Shown here: positions 27,285-37,996 of the stretch, in pieces | Layout: each line of letters starts with the position of its first letter | Position numbering within the stretch: position 1 is the stretch's first letter | Assembly (NCBI GenBank): GCA_918797485.1 | Contig: CAKKNE010000002.1 | Coordinates: forward strand, 3,348,001 to 3,412,000 | Direction: 5' to 3' | Length of the DNA stretch: 64,000 nt | Source of the DNA: Pelagomonas calceolata | Taxonomy: Eukaryota | Notes under the pieces: model-generated | The model's input: only the letters and a program-made list of their open reading frames with translations | What the model was told of the DNA's origin: nothing | Database searches by the model: none | Translations under genes and position numbers: made by a program

Positions 27285-28202
27285 TTAGTTGAGCTCGTCC
27301 TCGATGTGGCTGCGGACCATGGCGTCGATGGAACACGCGTCCGGAAAGCCCATGGCCGCGGCCTTGGACGTGTCGAAGCGCGCCGGCCACGTGCCGACGA
27401 TGGCCGCCACGGCCGGGTCGGGCACGAAGTCCACGAGCCCCCGGTCGCCGCCGTGCCGCGCGAGCGCCGCCAGCATCTCCTCGACGGACACCGTGACGCC
27501 GGGCGCGTTCACGCAGCGGTAGTCGCCAAAGGCCGCGCCGTCCACGTCCAGCGCGTGCTCCAGCGACCGCAGCGCGCTCCGCGGCGACGCGAGCCAGAGG
27601 TCCGTGTCGAGGTCCATGGGGCACACGGCCCTCTGGCCCGCCAGCGGCTCGCGGAGGATCGACGACGCGAAGCCGGAGGCGGCCGCGTTCGGCGCGCCGG
27701 GCCGGATCGAAATCGTGGGCAGGCGGACGGACCGCCCGTCGACGAAGCCCTTCCGCGAGTAGTCGTTGACCAGCAGCTCGCCGATGGCCTTCTGCGCGCC
27801 GTACGAGTTGAGCGGCGTCGTCGGCGTCGCGTCGTCGGCCGCGTCCGTGGCCCCGAAGACCGCCAGCGAGCTCGCGAAGACGAACTTGGGCGGCTGCGCG
27901 CACCTGGCGCGGCAGGCCTCGAGCGTCCCCCTCAAACCGTCGACGTTCACGCGGTAGCCCAAATCAAAATCCCGCTCGGCGCCGCTGCTCACGACGGCCG
28001 CCAAATGAACGACGGCCCGCGTGTCGCTCGCGATCGCGGCTCCCAACGTCTCCTCGAGCGGGCCGACGAGGGCGCGGCCGCCGGCCGGCACGACGGGCGG
28101 TTCTATTTGGTCGCAGAGTACGACTTGCGCCCCGCGCTTCGCCAGGTTTTGCGCCAGCCGGTTGCCTAAAAATCCCGCCGCGCCCGTCACGACGACGGAC
28201 AT
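27285..28202 (-). CDS. Extended SDR / NAD-dependent epimerase-dehydratase, D-erythronate dehydrogenase (DenD)-like
   Basis: VTGAAGFLG, HLAAVVS..AE.DFDLG, SYGAQKAIGELL, RLPTISIRPGAPNAAASGFASSILREPL. Confidence 0.85.
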   Translation of the reverse strand: MSVVVTGAAGFLGNRLAQNLAKRGAQVVLCDQIEPPVVPAGGRALVGPLEETLGAAIASDTRAVVHLAAVVSSGAERDFDLGYRVNVDGLRGTLEACRARCAQPPKFVFASSLAVFGATDAADDATPTTPLNSYGAQKAIGELLVNDYSRKGFVDGRSVRLPTISIRPGAPNAAASGFASSILREPLAGQRAVCPMDLDTDLWLASPRSALRSLEHALDVDGAAFGDYRCVNAPGVTVSVEEMLAALARHGGDRGLVDFVPDPAVAAIVGTWPARFDTSKAAAMGFPDACSIDAMVRSHIEDELN

Positions 28203-28377
28203 GACTTGCAGCTAGGGGTCGGTCAGCAATGCTGCAGGATAGCAACCGCTGCTGCCTCTTGCAAGGCTGGTTGCTGCGACTCAGGAGATCGCACAGCCTC
28301 TTGCAACGCCTCCAGGTTGACTGCCCAGGCGAGTCGTCGCAATAACCTGGGCTAGCGGAGTGAGGCACTAGCGAGCT

Positions 28378-28586
28378 CAGCCGGACGGGTGGGCCCGGGG
28401 GGAGCGGGAGGGGTACGGGGGACCCCGCGACGTAACTAGCCTGAGCCTGAGCTCAGCCCTTGCGTCCTAGTCCACTAGTCCTAGCACCGTAACATCGACT
28501 GCGTCCTAGTCCAGCCGGACGGGTGGGCCCGGGGGGAGCGGGAGGGGTACGGGGAACCCTGCGACGTAACTAGCCTCAGCCTTAGC
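28378..28586 (+). repeat. G-rich dispersed repeat, two tandem units
   Basis: Unit CAGCCGGACGGGTGGGCCCGGGGGGAGCGGGAGGGGTACGGGGGACCCCGCGACGTAACTAGCCT at 28378 and 28512. Reverse-complement copies at 47019-47241. Confidence 0.9.
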
Positions 28587-28648
28587 CCTTAGCTGTTTTC
28601 CCGACACGTTCGGACCCTCTCCTTACTGATATATAGGGCGGGGAGCGC

Positions 28649-30493
28649 TCAGTCGTCCTCCGCCTCCGCGGCGGCCTCGGCCTCGTCGGCGGCCTGCTTC
28701 TGCGCCTTGACGAGGTCCCAGAGCGCGGCGAGGGCCGCGGCCCAGGCGCTGAGCTTGGCCAGCGCGTCGGCGGCGTAGAAGCCGTCGTCGCCCGGCGCCG
28801 CCTCGGCCGCCGCCTTGGCCGCCTCGACGTCGACGCCCTCGAGCGGCGCGGAGCCGTCGGCGTCGGCCGCTATTAATGAGACGAAGTCCTTCTTGCCCTC
28901 GCCCGACAGCGTGGGCAGCGCCTCGGCCAGGGCGGCCGCGGCCTTGGCCCAGTCCGGCGCGCCCGTGAACGACGCGCAGCTTTCGGACGACACGCCGCAG
29001 ACCAGCAGCGACGCCTGCAGCGACGCGACGGCCGCCTCGCTCGGCGGGATCTTGTCGCGGGCGAGCTCGGAAAGGGCGTCCGCGTAGGTCGCCAGCACGG
29101 CCTCGGCGGACGCGACGGCGGCCTCGGCCGCCGCGCGGTCCTCGGCGCCGTCGGGCGCGCCGTCCTCGCCGTAGCCCTCGGTCCGCTCGGCCGCGGCGGC
29201 CTCGGCCGCCGTCGCGGCCTCGGCTTCCGCCGTGGAAGCGGCCTCGCGGCGCGCCTCGGCGGCCTCGGCCGCGTCCTCGCGGAGCATCGCCGACGCGGCC
29301 CAGCGCTTCGCGTCCGCGCGCGCGTGCGCCTCGCCCAGTTTCTTCGCCCACGCCTCGACGAGCAGCTGCTTGTCCTCGGCGAGGTCCTTGGCCTGGCCCA
29401 TGGCGTGCACGCAGAGCACGCGCTCGACCGGCACGATGACGGGCTGGTTCTTCGGCGCGCGCGCCGGCGGCGCCGGCTCCTCGGCCGGCTCCGCGCCCTC
29501 CTCCGGCGCCTCGGGCGCCTCCTCCGCCGGCTCCTCGGGCACGGGCTCGCCGATGCCCTCGGCGTGCAGCGCGCTGTCGTACTTCACCGCCGCCGCGCAG
29601 TACGAGCCGCAGCGCGGGATGCCGAAGAACTTGATGCGGTCTTCGCGGACGACGTTCGCCACGAAAGCTCGGGACGGGTACTGCAGGACCGCGTCCTTGG
29701 CCGCTTCCGCTTCCGTTAGAGTCTTCTGGGCCTCATCTAATGTTTTCTGGGCCTCGGCTAACGTTGCTTGCGCCCCTTCCAGCGCCTTCTCGGCCTCGGC
29801 CAGGCCTTCGGGGTCCGCGTCGTCGCCCTCGAGGGCCTTCTTCTCGTCGACGGCCGCCTGCGCGCCGTCGACGGCGGCCTGGGCCTCGGCCACGGGCGCC
29901 TCGGCTTCCGTCGCCGGCCCCGTGGCCTCCTCGACGGCGGCCGTCGCCGCCGCGAGCTCCTCCTCGTACTCCTCGCGCTGCTGGAACAGGTCGAACGTCA
30001 CGCCCTCGGCGGGCTCGTCTTCACCAATACCGCCCTTGAGCACGTTCCCCGCCATGTCGCAGCCCTCGGACGCGCCGCAAAAACCTATCAAAGGCACGCC
30101 CTCCTTCTCGCCCTTCACACCGACGTAGGCCGCCGTGCAGCCCGTCTGGCGCCGGACCGCGTCCATGAGCTGGGGGTACAAACTCTCGACGTCGTCCGTC
30201 TCCTCTAACTCCTTATCCAGCTCGGCCTCGGCCTCGGTCGGGTCCGACGCCGTCCGCCGCGCCTCCGCGGCCGCCGCGACCTCGGCGGCCGCCGCGTCGC
30301 TGACGGCGATGGACTCCGCGAGGGACGCGTACTTCTTGGCGCGCGCCTCCTCGCGCTCGTGCTTCGTGGCGTGGTTCACGAGGTAGGTCCCGATGAACTC
30401 GACGGCGTCGTCCGGCTGGTCGACGACCATGGCCGCCAGCGCCATCTTTAAGGCTTCGCCCACGTTCTCCTGGAGGTAGGCCGTCTCCGCCAT
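28649..30493 (-). CDS. Dpy-30 motif acidic coiled-coil protein (possibly axonemal)
   Basis: N-terminal AYLQENVGEALKMALAAMVVDQPDDAVEFIGTYL is a Dpy-30/RIIa-type docking motif. ATG at 30493. Confidence 0.75.
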   Translation of the reverse strand: MAETAYLQENVGEALKMALAAMVVDQPDDAVEFIGTYLVNHATKHEREEARAKKYASLAESIAVSDAAAAEVAAAAEARRTASDPTEAEAELDKELEETDDVESLYPQLMDAVRRQTGCTAAYVGVKGEKEGVPLIGFCGASEGCDMAGNVLKGGIGEDEPAEGVTFDLFQQREEYEEELAAATAAVEEATGPATEAEAPVAEAQAAVDGAQAAVDEKKALEGDDADPEGLAEAEKALEGAQATLAEAQKTLDEAQKTLTEAEAAKDAVLQYPSRAFVANVVREDRIKFFGIPRCGSYCAAAVKYDSALHAEGIGEPVPEEPAEEAPEAPEEGAEPAEEPAPPARAPKNQPVIVPVERVLCVHAMGQAKDLAEDKQLLVEAWAKKLGEAHARADAKRWAASAMLREDAAEAAEARREAASTAEAEAATAAEAAAAERTEGYGEDGAPDGAEDRAAAEAAVASAEAVLATYADALSELARDKIPPSEAAVASLQASLLVCGVSSESCASFTGAPDWAKAAAALAEALPTLSGEGKKDFVSLIAADADGSAPLEGVDVEAAKAAAEAAPGDDGFYAADALAKLSAWAAALAALWDLVKAQKQAADEAEAAAEAEDD

Positions 30494-30929
30494 GCTGCCT
30501 GTTTTTTTCTCGATTGGCTCGAAGACGGGAGGCAGCCTTTCGTGCGCCTGGGGCCGCAAAACGGAGCCCCGCGCGAGGGCAGCGCCTGGTGTTAATGTTG
30601 AACGCTAGTGCGCCCCCCCCTAGTGTCGAAAGGCGCCCGCGGGACGTCTATCCATCAAACGCGAGGCCTCCGCCGGCTGCCCGAGTCCCTGGTTGGGTTC
30701 TCATCTTCTCATCTCACCTTTTAGTGTGGCAGCCCATTTTAATTTTGAGATATTGGGCCGACGCGGCGCGCGGCACCGTCGCAGACGTCGACGTATTACA
30801 ACGTTGGTTCGACGGATTACAACCTCGTTTGGTTCGTGGATCAACGTTGTTCGACGGATTACGACCTCGCTTGGCTCGTGGATCGACCGGGGCAGCCGTT
30901 CGGCCCATCTCATAACACTGCCAGAAACA

Positions 30930-32030
30930 ATGCCCGGCCGCCGCGAGACGGCCGAGCTCGTCGGCGCGCTGCAGAGCTCGAAGAAGGACGCGCTGATCGA
31001 CACGCTGCGCACGACGCTGGACCAGGCCCGCGTCGAGCTCGAGCGGTCGCGGGCGCGCGCGGAGGCGGCGCGCGCGACGGAGGCGGCGCTGCGCGACCTC
31101 AAGTCCCAGATGCGCGCGGCGCGGCGCGAGCGCGACGAGGAGCGGCGGGCCTTCGCGGCGCGCGAGGAGGCCTGGGCCGCGCGGTGCGAGGCCCTCGAGA
31201 AGGCGGCGACCGAGGGCGACGACCGGAACGGCGAGCACCGCCGTGCGCGGCGGGGCCTCGAGGCGCGGCTCGAGGCGCTCGGCGAGGAGCTCCGGCGGGC
31301 CCTGGATGGACGCGCGGACGCGGAGGCCCTGCTGAGTTCGGAGCGGAGCGCGCGGCGCGACGAGGCCGCGGCGCTGCGGGCCGAGGCGGCCGAGGCGCTG
31401 CGGGGGCGCGGCGAGGTCGACGAGCGGCTCGGCGGCGTCGCTCTGGTCGCGGAGCAACAACGCGAGCTGCTCGCGGCGCAGGAGCGGCGCCTGCGCGAGG
31501 CCGAGGCCGCGCGCGTCGCCGAGAGGCGGGACCGCGAGCGGCGCGAGGCCGAGGCCGCGGCGCTGGAGGACGCGCTCGCCGCGGCGAAGCGCGAGGGCGC
31601 GGCGAGCGGCGCCCGGACGGAGGCGCTCGAGGAGGACGTGGGCCGGGCGCGCGAGGCCCAGCGCGCGGCCGAGGCGCGCGCGGATCAGGGCGACGCGCGC
31701 CTGCGGCGGCTCTCGCGCGAGGCCGAGGACGTCCGAGCCGAGGTCGGCGAGCTCAAGGCGCGGCTCCGCGACAGCGACGAGCGGGCGCGGGACGCGCGGC
31801 GGCTCGCGCAGGACAACCGCGCGCTCGCGGACCGCGTCCACCACCTCGCGGCGGCGCTCGAACGGGAGCGGGCCGAGCGCGCGCAGTGGGCGCGCGCGCG
31901 CATCGAGCTGCTCTCGCAGTTCTGCGCCGCCGGCGACGGCGCGCCGCCCGCCGGCCAGGGCCTGCTCCGGGCCGCGGAGGCGTCGCCGCCGCCGCCCGTT
32001 CCACCGCCGCCGCCGCCAGCACTCGAGTAA
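30930..32030 (+). CDS. Coiled-coil hypothetical protein
   Basis: Long heptad-rich E/R/A ORF starting at ATG 30930. Confidence 0.65.
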   Translation: MPGRRETAELVGALQSSKKDALIDTLRTTLDQARVELERSRARAEAARATEAALRDLKSQMRAARRERDEERRAFAAREEAWAARCEALEKAATEGDDRNGEHRRARRGLEARLEALGEELRRALDGRADAEALLSSERSARRDEAAALRAEAAEALRGRGEVDERLGGVALVAEQQRELLAAQERRLREAEAARVAERRDRERREAEAAALEDALAAAKREGAASGARTEALEEDVGRAREAQRAAEARADQGDARLRRLSREAEDVRAEVGELKARLRDSDERARDARRLAQDNRALADRVHHLAAALERERAERAQWARARIELLSQFCAAGDGAPPAGQGLLRAAEASPPPPVPPPPPPALE

Positions 32031-32233
32031 GTCCTAGAAGTAAGTCCGTGCTTTTGCTGTCTTTCAGGGAGGGAAATCTTACCCGTACCTCAGCCCAGGC
32101 AACGTCCGGCGCGTCGGCTCAAGCGTTGACTCGAGCATTCGCGAGGACGTCCGTCCGCTCGGGTGGTGGTTCAGGTGTGGCTCTAGCTCTTCGCGCGGCG
32201 CGACCGGCGCGGGGCCCTCGTGGGAACGGCGGC

Positions 32234-32716
<483 letters not shown>

Positions 32717-33409
32717 TCAAGCTAGCTAGCTTGCAAGCCTTTGCTAAGCCTTTGCCAAAAGAAGAATGTTCCTGGGCACGGGTTTCGAGGGGCTAGGGTA
32801 AGAGCTTGGAGGGGTCCATCCCCCCGGGACTAGGCTAGCGTCCCCAAAACCGAGTAACTAGTATATATATGGGTAAGAGCTTGGAGGGGGGGTTTCTAAT
32901 CGCGGCCCCTTCCCGCGGACGGATATGGGGGCAACTCCGGCTTTCGAGGGTTGGGGGGAACCTTCACGGATCCTAGGGGCGATGGGTTCTACGGGGATCG
33001 GGATTAGGGCGCAAATGCGCCTCGGCAAAAACCCGTGAAGCTCAATTATTAAAGCGTTTTTTTTCCTGTACTGCCGAGCTAGCTGCTGCCTTCGAGCGCA
33101 TGCAGCAGGCAGGCGCGAGCGGCTACTGTGCATAGTTGACTTGTTCGCACACTTAGCACTCATCGCGGCAGCACTAGCAAGGTACAACTCAACCCATTAC
33201 ACCTGCCAGCAATCTTAGCAGCGTCCGCATCGATGTTCAAAAGCCCGGGGAGGAAAAAAACACTTGATCTTATAAGACTCGCCGCGCGCCGTCGCGGCTC
33301 CCGCGGGCGCCGCGGCTGTTTGACGAAAACGAAAGGTTTGCCGAGGGCCCGCTAACGCATTAGAGAGAGAGCAACACCCCAAGCACGGCTCACGCCAAAA
33401 CACGCAGGC

Positions 33410-33973
33410 ATGGCGGCCCAGGTCGACAGCGCGCCGCGCACCGGCGCGCCGCACCTCAGGACCGACTCCAGTAGGCGGGAGATCGGCGAGGAGGCCGTCT
33501 GGTCGCTCTCGACGGCGAAGCCGGGCAACGGCGTCGACCAGCTGCGCGACGGCTCGCCGGACACGTACTGGCAGTCCGACGGCGGGCAGCCCCACCTCAT
33601 CAACGTCCAGTTCCAGCGGAAGGCGAGCATCTGCGAGGTGGCCTTCTACCTGGACTTTGGGCTCGACGAGTCGTACACCCCCAAGAAAATCTCGATAAGG
33701 GCGGGCACGACGTTCCACGATTTGGTGGAGGTCAGGGTCGTGGACCTGCACGAGCCGGTCGGCTGGGTGCAGGTGCCGCTCGGCGTCCAAAAGGCGCCGC
33801 TGCGGGCCTTCTTCTTGCAAGTGTGCGTGGCGTCGATGCACCAGAACGGGCGCGACACGCACGTGCGCCAGTGCCGGGTCTTCGGGCCGCGCGCGCGCAT
33901 CGACGTGTGCCTGGGCGAGTTCGGCGAGGACTTTGCGTCGAACAAACTCTCGCGCTACGCCGTTCTAAGGTAG
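33410..33973 (+). CDS. APC10: Anaphase-promoting complex subunit 10 (DOC1)
   Basis: WSLSTAKPGNGVDQLRD...TYWQSDG.QPHLINVQF, DESYTP, HQNGRDTHVRQ, C-terminal LR tail. Confidence 0.95.
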   Translation: MAAQVDSAPRTGAPHLRTDSSRREIGEEAVWSLSTAKPGNGVDQLRDGSPDTYWQSDGGQPHLINVQFQRKASICEVAFYLDFGLDESYTPKKISIRAGTTFHDLVEVRVVDLHEPVGWVQVPLGVQKAPLRAFFLQVCVASMHQNGRDTHVRQCRVFGPRARIDVCLGEFGEDFASNKLSRYAVLR

Positions 33974-35104
33974 TTTACACGCCCGTTTCTGGCGGCGGAA
34001 GTCGCGCTCGACGGCGGCGTAGAGCGCGTATTCCCACTTCAGGACGTCGGTCCGGAGGAAGTCGAGCGCGTCCGGCGGGACGACTTCCGTCTCCACGTGG
34101 TGCGTCGTCCGCGCGTGGATCGTCGCGCGCGCGTATGTTCCGGCGATGCCCGCGAAGTACCCCGGCAGGACCCGCTCCAGCACCTCCAAGAACCCCTTCA
34201 GGTCCTCGACGACGCCGACCGCGGCGAAGGCGGACCGCGCGTGCGCGAGCGCGCGCCGCAGCGACGCCTCGGACCCCTCCCGACAGCTACGATGGACGCC
34301 GCAGAAGTACTGGAGCTGCGCGTTCGCCCAGTAGAGGCAGCCGCCCCTGCTTTCTTCTCGTTTCCCACTCTGCCTCCGCCGCTCGACGCAGTCCCAGAAC
34401 GGGGGCGCGCCCGCGTCCTGGCCCTTCCAGAACCGCGCCCAGGGCGACCGCGGGCCCCAGTGCAGGTAGTCGTAGTGCGACCGCAGCCGCTTCGTCGGCT
34501 CGCGTACTAATCCAAAATAGCACGGCGGCGTCCGCCGCAGCGCGCCGGGGCCCAGCAGCCGCGCAAAGTCCAGGTAGACGCCGTGCGCGCTCCGGACCGT
34601 CCGGGGCTTTAGCGCGAGGAAGTAGCGCGCGTAGGCCCGGGCGGACCGCGTCTCGTGCTTGGCGTCGAGGTACTGCGGCCGGTTGTTCACGCGGTACTTG
34701 TTTTTCGGGGCGAGGGTCCCGATCAGATCGAAGACGGTCGTCGAGGCGGCCTTGGGCACCTTGAGGTGCAGCACGAGCTCGGGCGCCTGCGGCTCGCACG
34801 CGTGCCGCGCCGCCGTGCCGTTGAAGTGGTAGTGCTTGTGGCGCGGGACCGACGCGGCCTCGGCGGCGGCGGCCCGCGCGGCCCAGTAGGCGTCGCCGAG
34901 CCACTGGCGCGCCGTCAGGTGCGCGGCGTCCAGTTTGAGGTCCACCGTACGCCGCGGCATGACGATGACGGCGACGCCGAGCGCGGCGAGCGCGACGCAG
35001 GCCGCGCACCGCCGCTTGAAGGTCTGCTTCCGGCGCGGCGGCGCCCGCGGCGACGCGGTGTCCGCGCTCGAAAGGCCGCTCGCGCCGCAGCCGGCGCGCC
35101 GCAT
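33965..35104 (-). CDS. Golgi-type sulfotransferase (heparan/uronyl 2-O-sulfotransferase-like)
   Basis: TM anchor, KVPKAASTT, VREPTKRLRSHYDY, QLQYFCG, VGVVEDL...LERVLP.YF. Confidence 0.85.
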   Translation of the reverse strand: MRRAGCGASGLSSADTASPRAPPRRKQTFKRRCAACVALAALGVAVIVMPRRTVDLKLDAAHLTARQWLGDAYWAARAAAAEAASVPRHKHYHFNGTAARHACEPQAPELVLHLKVPKAASTTVFDLIGTLAPKNKYRVNNRPQYLDAKHETRSARAYARYFLALKPRTVRSAHGVYLDFARLLGPGALRRTPPCYFGLVREPTKRLRSHYDYLHWGPRSPWARFWKGQDAGAPPFWDCVERRRQSGKREESRGGCLYWANAQLQYFCGVHRSCREGSEASLRRALAHARSAFAAVGVVEDLKGFLEVLERVLPGYFAGIAGTYARATIHARTTHHVETEVVPPDALDFLRTDVLKWEYALYAAVERDFRRQKRACKLP

Positions 35105-35325
35105 GAGAGAGCGGATGGTCGCCGCCAGCGCTGCTATTCGTACGTGTTTCGCACAATCAATGCACGAATCGACAAATGAAAGTGAGTACACGCGGCCGCC
35201 CGCCGCGCGTTGAGCCTGAGCCACCTGAGCCTGAGCCTTACGCGGCTCTGGATGCTCCGCATACTCCCATCAAAACCAAAAAGCGGGTTTTCGAAATTAA
35301 GGCAAAAGCGGCCCGTTCGCGCCCC

Positions 35326-36054
35326 TTAGGTCTCCCCAGGAGTCCTCGTACCGAATGGGAGGTGTCTCGGCGCCCCCCGGCCAAGATGAGGCAAAGTGGG
35401 TGACCAGGCCCTAGATGCCTCCCTGGAGGGACCCTCCCCCCGGTCGCTGTTGTTATGTGTCACTCGCAAGTAAGTTTTCCTTCTCGTGTTACTCGAAAGG
35501 TCCTCTGCGCGAGCTCCCGGGCGCCCTATAAAACGACACCGCGCGGGCGCGCGCTCGATCGGGTCGCGGGCGGGGCAGGCACCCTCGGGCACGGCCGCGA
35601 CATCCTCGAGGGCAGACCAGTCGATAGACGCGTCGCGTCCGGTCTCCTCTTTGTAACGACGCCTGGAGGCGCTGATGTGGCGCTTGCGCCGTCTGGAACG
35701 CGGGCGCGGGATTTCCAGTAGGCTCTCGAGCGGGGGGTTCCAGTAGGGAGCACCGTCCTTCGTGGTCTTGGCCATAAGGTAAGCCTTGCCCGCCTCGACT
35801 GAAGGATACGAATACTTGCCTGGCCCTGCTGGGAAACTCAGGCGGACGAACGCGTCGGCGTCGTTGTGGGATTTCTTTGCCACGACCGCGCGCCACTTCT
35901 TCCCGTAAATCGCCTTCATTTGGTCCTTGATCACGTCGCCGAAGACGTAGCAGGCCTTCTGCGACTTCGACGACTTGATGTTGCTCTGGATCACCGCGAG
36001 AATCGCGTCGTCGGACCCACCGTTGTCGTTACTGTTGGTGTTGTTTTCAGCCAT
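35326..36054 (-). CDS. Hypothetical protein
   Basis: ATG ORF ~150 bp from an intergenic motif copy. N-terminal half looks coding; no family recognised. Confidence 0.45.
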   Translation of the reverse strand: MAENNTNSNDNGGSDDAILAVIQSNIKSSKSQKACYVFGDVIKDQMKAIYGKKWRAVVAKKSHNDADAFVRLSFPAGPGKYSYPSVEAGKAYLMAKTTKDGAPYWNPPLESLLEIPRPRSRRRKRHISASRRRYKEETGRDASIDWSALEDVAAVPEGACPARDPIERAPARCRFIGRPGARAEDLSSNTRRKTYLRVTHNNSDRGEGPSREASRAWSPTLPHLGRGAPRHLPFGTRTPGET

Positions 36055-36394
36055 TTCTGGGGCGATTTCACTGCGGATTTCCGCTGTATGGCCGCCGCTA
36101 TGGGGCAGCTTGAGTTTGACGGGGCTGCGGGCAGCCCGGGTGCGTTTGGCGACGCGAAACGGTCGCTAGTGATAGTACCATCGTGCGGGGCACCCCCTGC
36201 TTGCTAGTGTCTTACAGGCCGCTAGCCAATCGCGCGTGGAAGCCGCGCCCCTGCAGACTAACCGCAGACAGGACAACTACGCGGACAACTACACGAGTAG
36301 ACCGCCGGGCCGACGCGGGCGAGTTCGAGGGCGAAGCGGCGCCGCGCGCGCGGCGGGGAGGAGGCCTTGTCATGTATGTTTAAGTTGAATTAAT

Positions 36395-37996
36395 TTAACT
36401 AGGGTTGCACGTTTCGCCCGTGCGGTCCCGGCGTCCCGTGACGACGTCGTCGTAGGAGAGGGCCTGGTCCGGCGGTTCCGCTTCCGGTGCCTTTTCCTCG
36501 TTCTGCCGCTTCTGGCGCTGGGCCTTCTTCAATTTTTTGTATTCGAGGAGGAGCTGGTGTTCGACCGACTTCGGCGGCGTCCGCGGCGACCCGTTCTGGT
36601 CGGCGTCGCCCGCGTCGGCGAGGCCGGCTTCCATCGCGCCCGGGGTCATCTTGCCGTGGTAATCCGGCCAGGAGGGTCGCGTGATGTCCTCCCGGCGCAC
36701 GTCGGAGCCGGCCTTGGAGGAGGCGGTCCCCGCGTCCGACCCCGACCCGGAACTCAAACTCGACGCGTCGAACTCGAGCGCGAGGTCCGCGAGGCCGCCC
36801 GTGTCCGTGTTCGTGCCCACGTCCAGGAACTCGACGCCCTCCGGGGCCGTCGCCCTCTCCAGCTGATCGTTCAGCCGCTGGATCGTCGCCTGGAGGGCCT
36901 CGTTCTCGCGCGTCAAGTCGTCCGTCGACGCCTCGGTCCGCGCGCCGGCCTCCAGGGCGACGACGACGCCCCCGACGCCCGCCGTGGCCTTCGCGAGGTC
37001 GTCGTGCAGGCGTTGGATCGTCTCCCTCAGAGCGTCGTTCTCGCGCTGCAGGTCGTGCGTCGGCTCCGCTTTGCCCGCTTCGGGGTCCGCGGCCCTGGGC
37101 GGCTCGGGCTTCCGGAGCCGCCGCCGCTGCGAGGCGCAGAAGGCGAGGAGCACCAGCCCCAGGACGACGCCGGCGGTGATGGCTGTCGCGTGGTCGTCGT
37201 CGGCGTCCTTCCTGCCCTCGCTCTTCTCCGGCGGCGCCGGGCAGACGACGCGCAGCGCCTCGGGCGCGGCGTGGACCACGCCGGGCTCGTAGCAGCAGTC
37301 GTCGGCGAGGTCCCAGTGGGCGCCGCTCTCAGACGGGTCCCAGTCCGCGCCGCCCCGGAAGTCGCCACAATTACCAATACCGCAGCGCAGGTCGCCCGCG
37401 CACTGCCAGTCGCCGCCACAATGGCCGTCGCCGACCAGCAAATCGCCGCCGCAGCCGTCGTCGCCGCCGCCGCAGTCCTTGGCGTAGAGCCGCGTGCCCT
37501 TCGATGTCCCGCACGCCGCCGCCGCGCACGCGCTCGCGGCGAAGGCGCCGTCCTGGGCCGCGTCGCCGGCCACGCACCACCCCAAATCCTGGTCGAAGGC
37601 CGCGGCGCCGTCGAACATGCCGCGCAGGTCCGTGACCCTATCGACCGACCAGGCGCCGAGGTCCTGGTTGAAATTCGGGCTCCCGGCGAACATGTAGCTC
37701 ACGTCCGTGACGCTCGAGGTGTCCCACGCGCCAATGTCATCATTAAAAGCCTCGGCGGCCGGGCTGCAGGCGCCGAAGCGCTCGTGCGCGGCGCAAAACA
37801 GGTACGACATGTCCGTCACGGCCCCGGTCTCCCACGTCGAGACGTGGCCGTACGTCGCCATGGCGGCGGCGCGGTTCGAGAGCCAGAGGTCGACGGCCGT
37901 CCGGATGGTGGCGTCGTCCATGGGCTCGCCGAGGCGGCGGCGGCCCGCGTCCGCCGCGGCGGACGCGACGGTGAGGCACAAGACCTTCGTTTTCAT
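36395..37996 (-). CDS. DUF285/BspA-like repeat surface protein with TM helix and cytoplasmic coiled-coil repeats
   Basis: Signal peptide; WETGAVTDMSYLF, FNDDIGAWDTSSVTDVSYMF, FNQDLGAW repeats; Cys-rich region; TM AITAGVVLGLVLLAFC. Confidence 0.8.
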   Translation of the reverse strand: MKTKVLCLTVASAAADAGRRRLGEPMDDATIRTAVDLWLSNRAAAMATYGHVSTWETGAVTDMSYLFCAAHERFGACSPAAEAFNDDIGAWDTSSVTDVSYMFAGSPNFNQDLGAWSVDRVTDLRGMFDGAAAFDQDLGWCVAGDAAQDGAFAASACAAAACGTSKGTRLYAKDCGGGDDGCGGDLLVGDGHCGGDWQCAGDLRCGIGNCGDFRGGADWDPSESGAHWDLADDCCYEPGVVHAAPEALRVVCPAPPEKSEGRKDADDDHATAITAGVVLGLVLLAFCASQRRRLRKPEPPRAADPEAGKAEPTHDLQRENDALRETIQRLHDDLAKATAGVGGVVVALEAGARTEASTDDLTRENEALQATIQRLNDQLERATAPEGVEFLDVGTNTDTGGLADLALEFDASSLSSGSGSDAGTASSKAGSDVRREDITRPSWPDYHGKMTPGAMEAGLADAGDADQNGSPRTPPKSVEHQLLLEYKKLKKAQRQKRQNEEKAPEAEPPDQALSYDDVVTGRRDRTGETCNPS

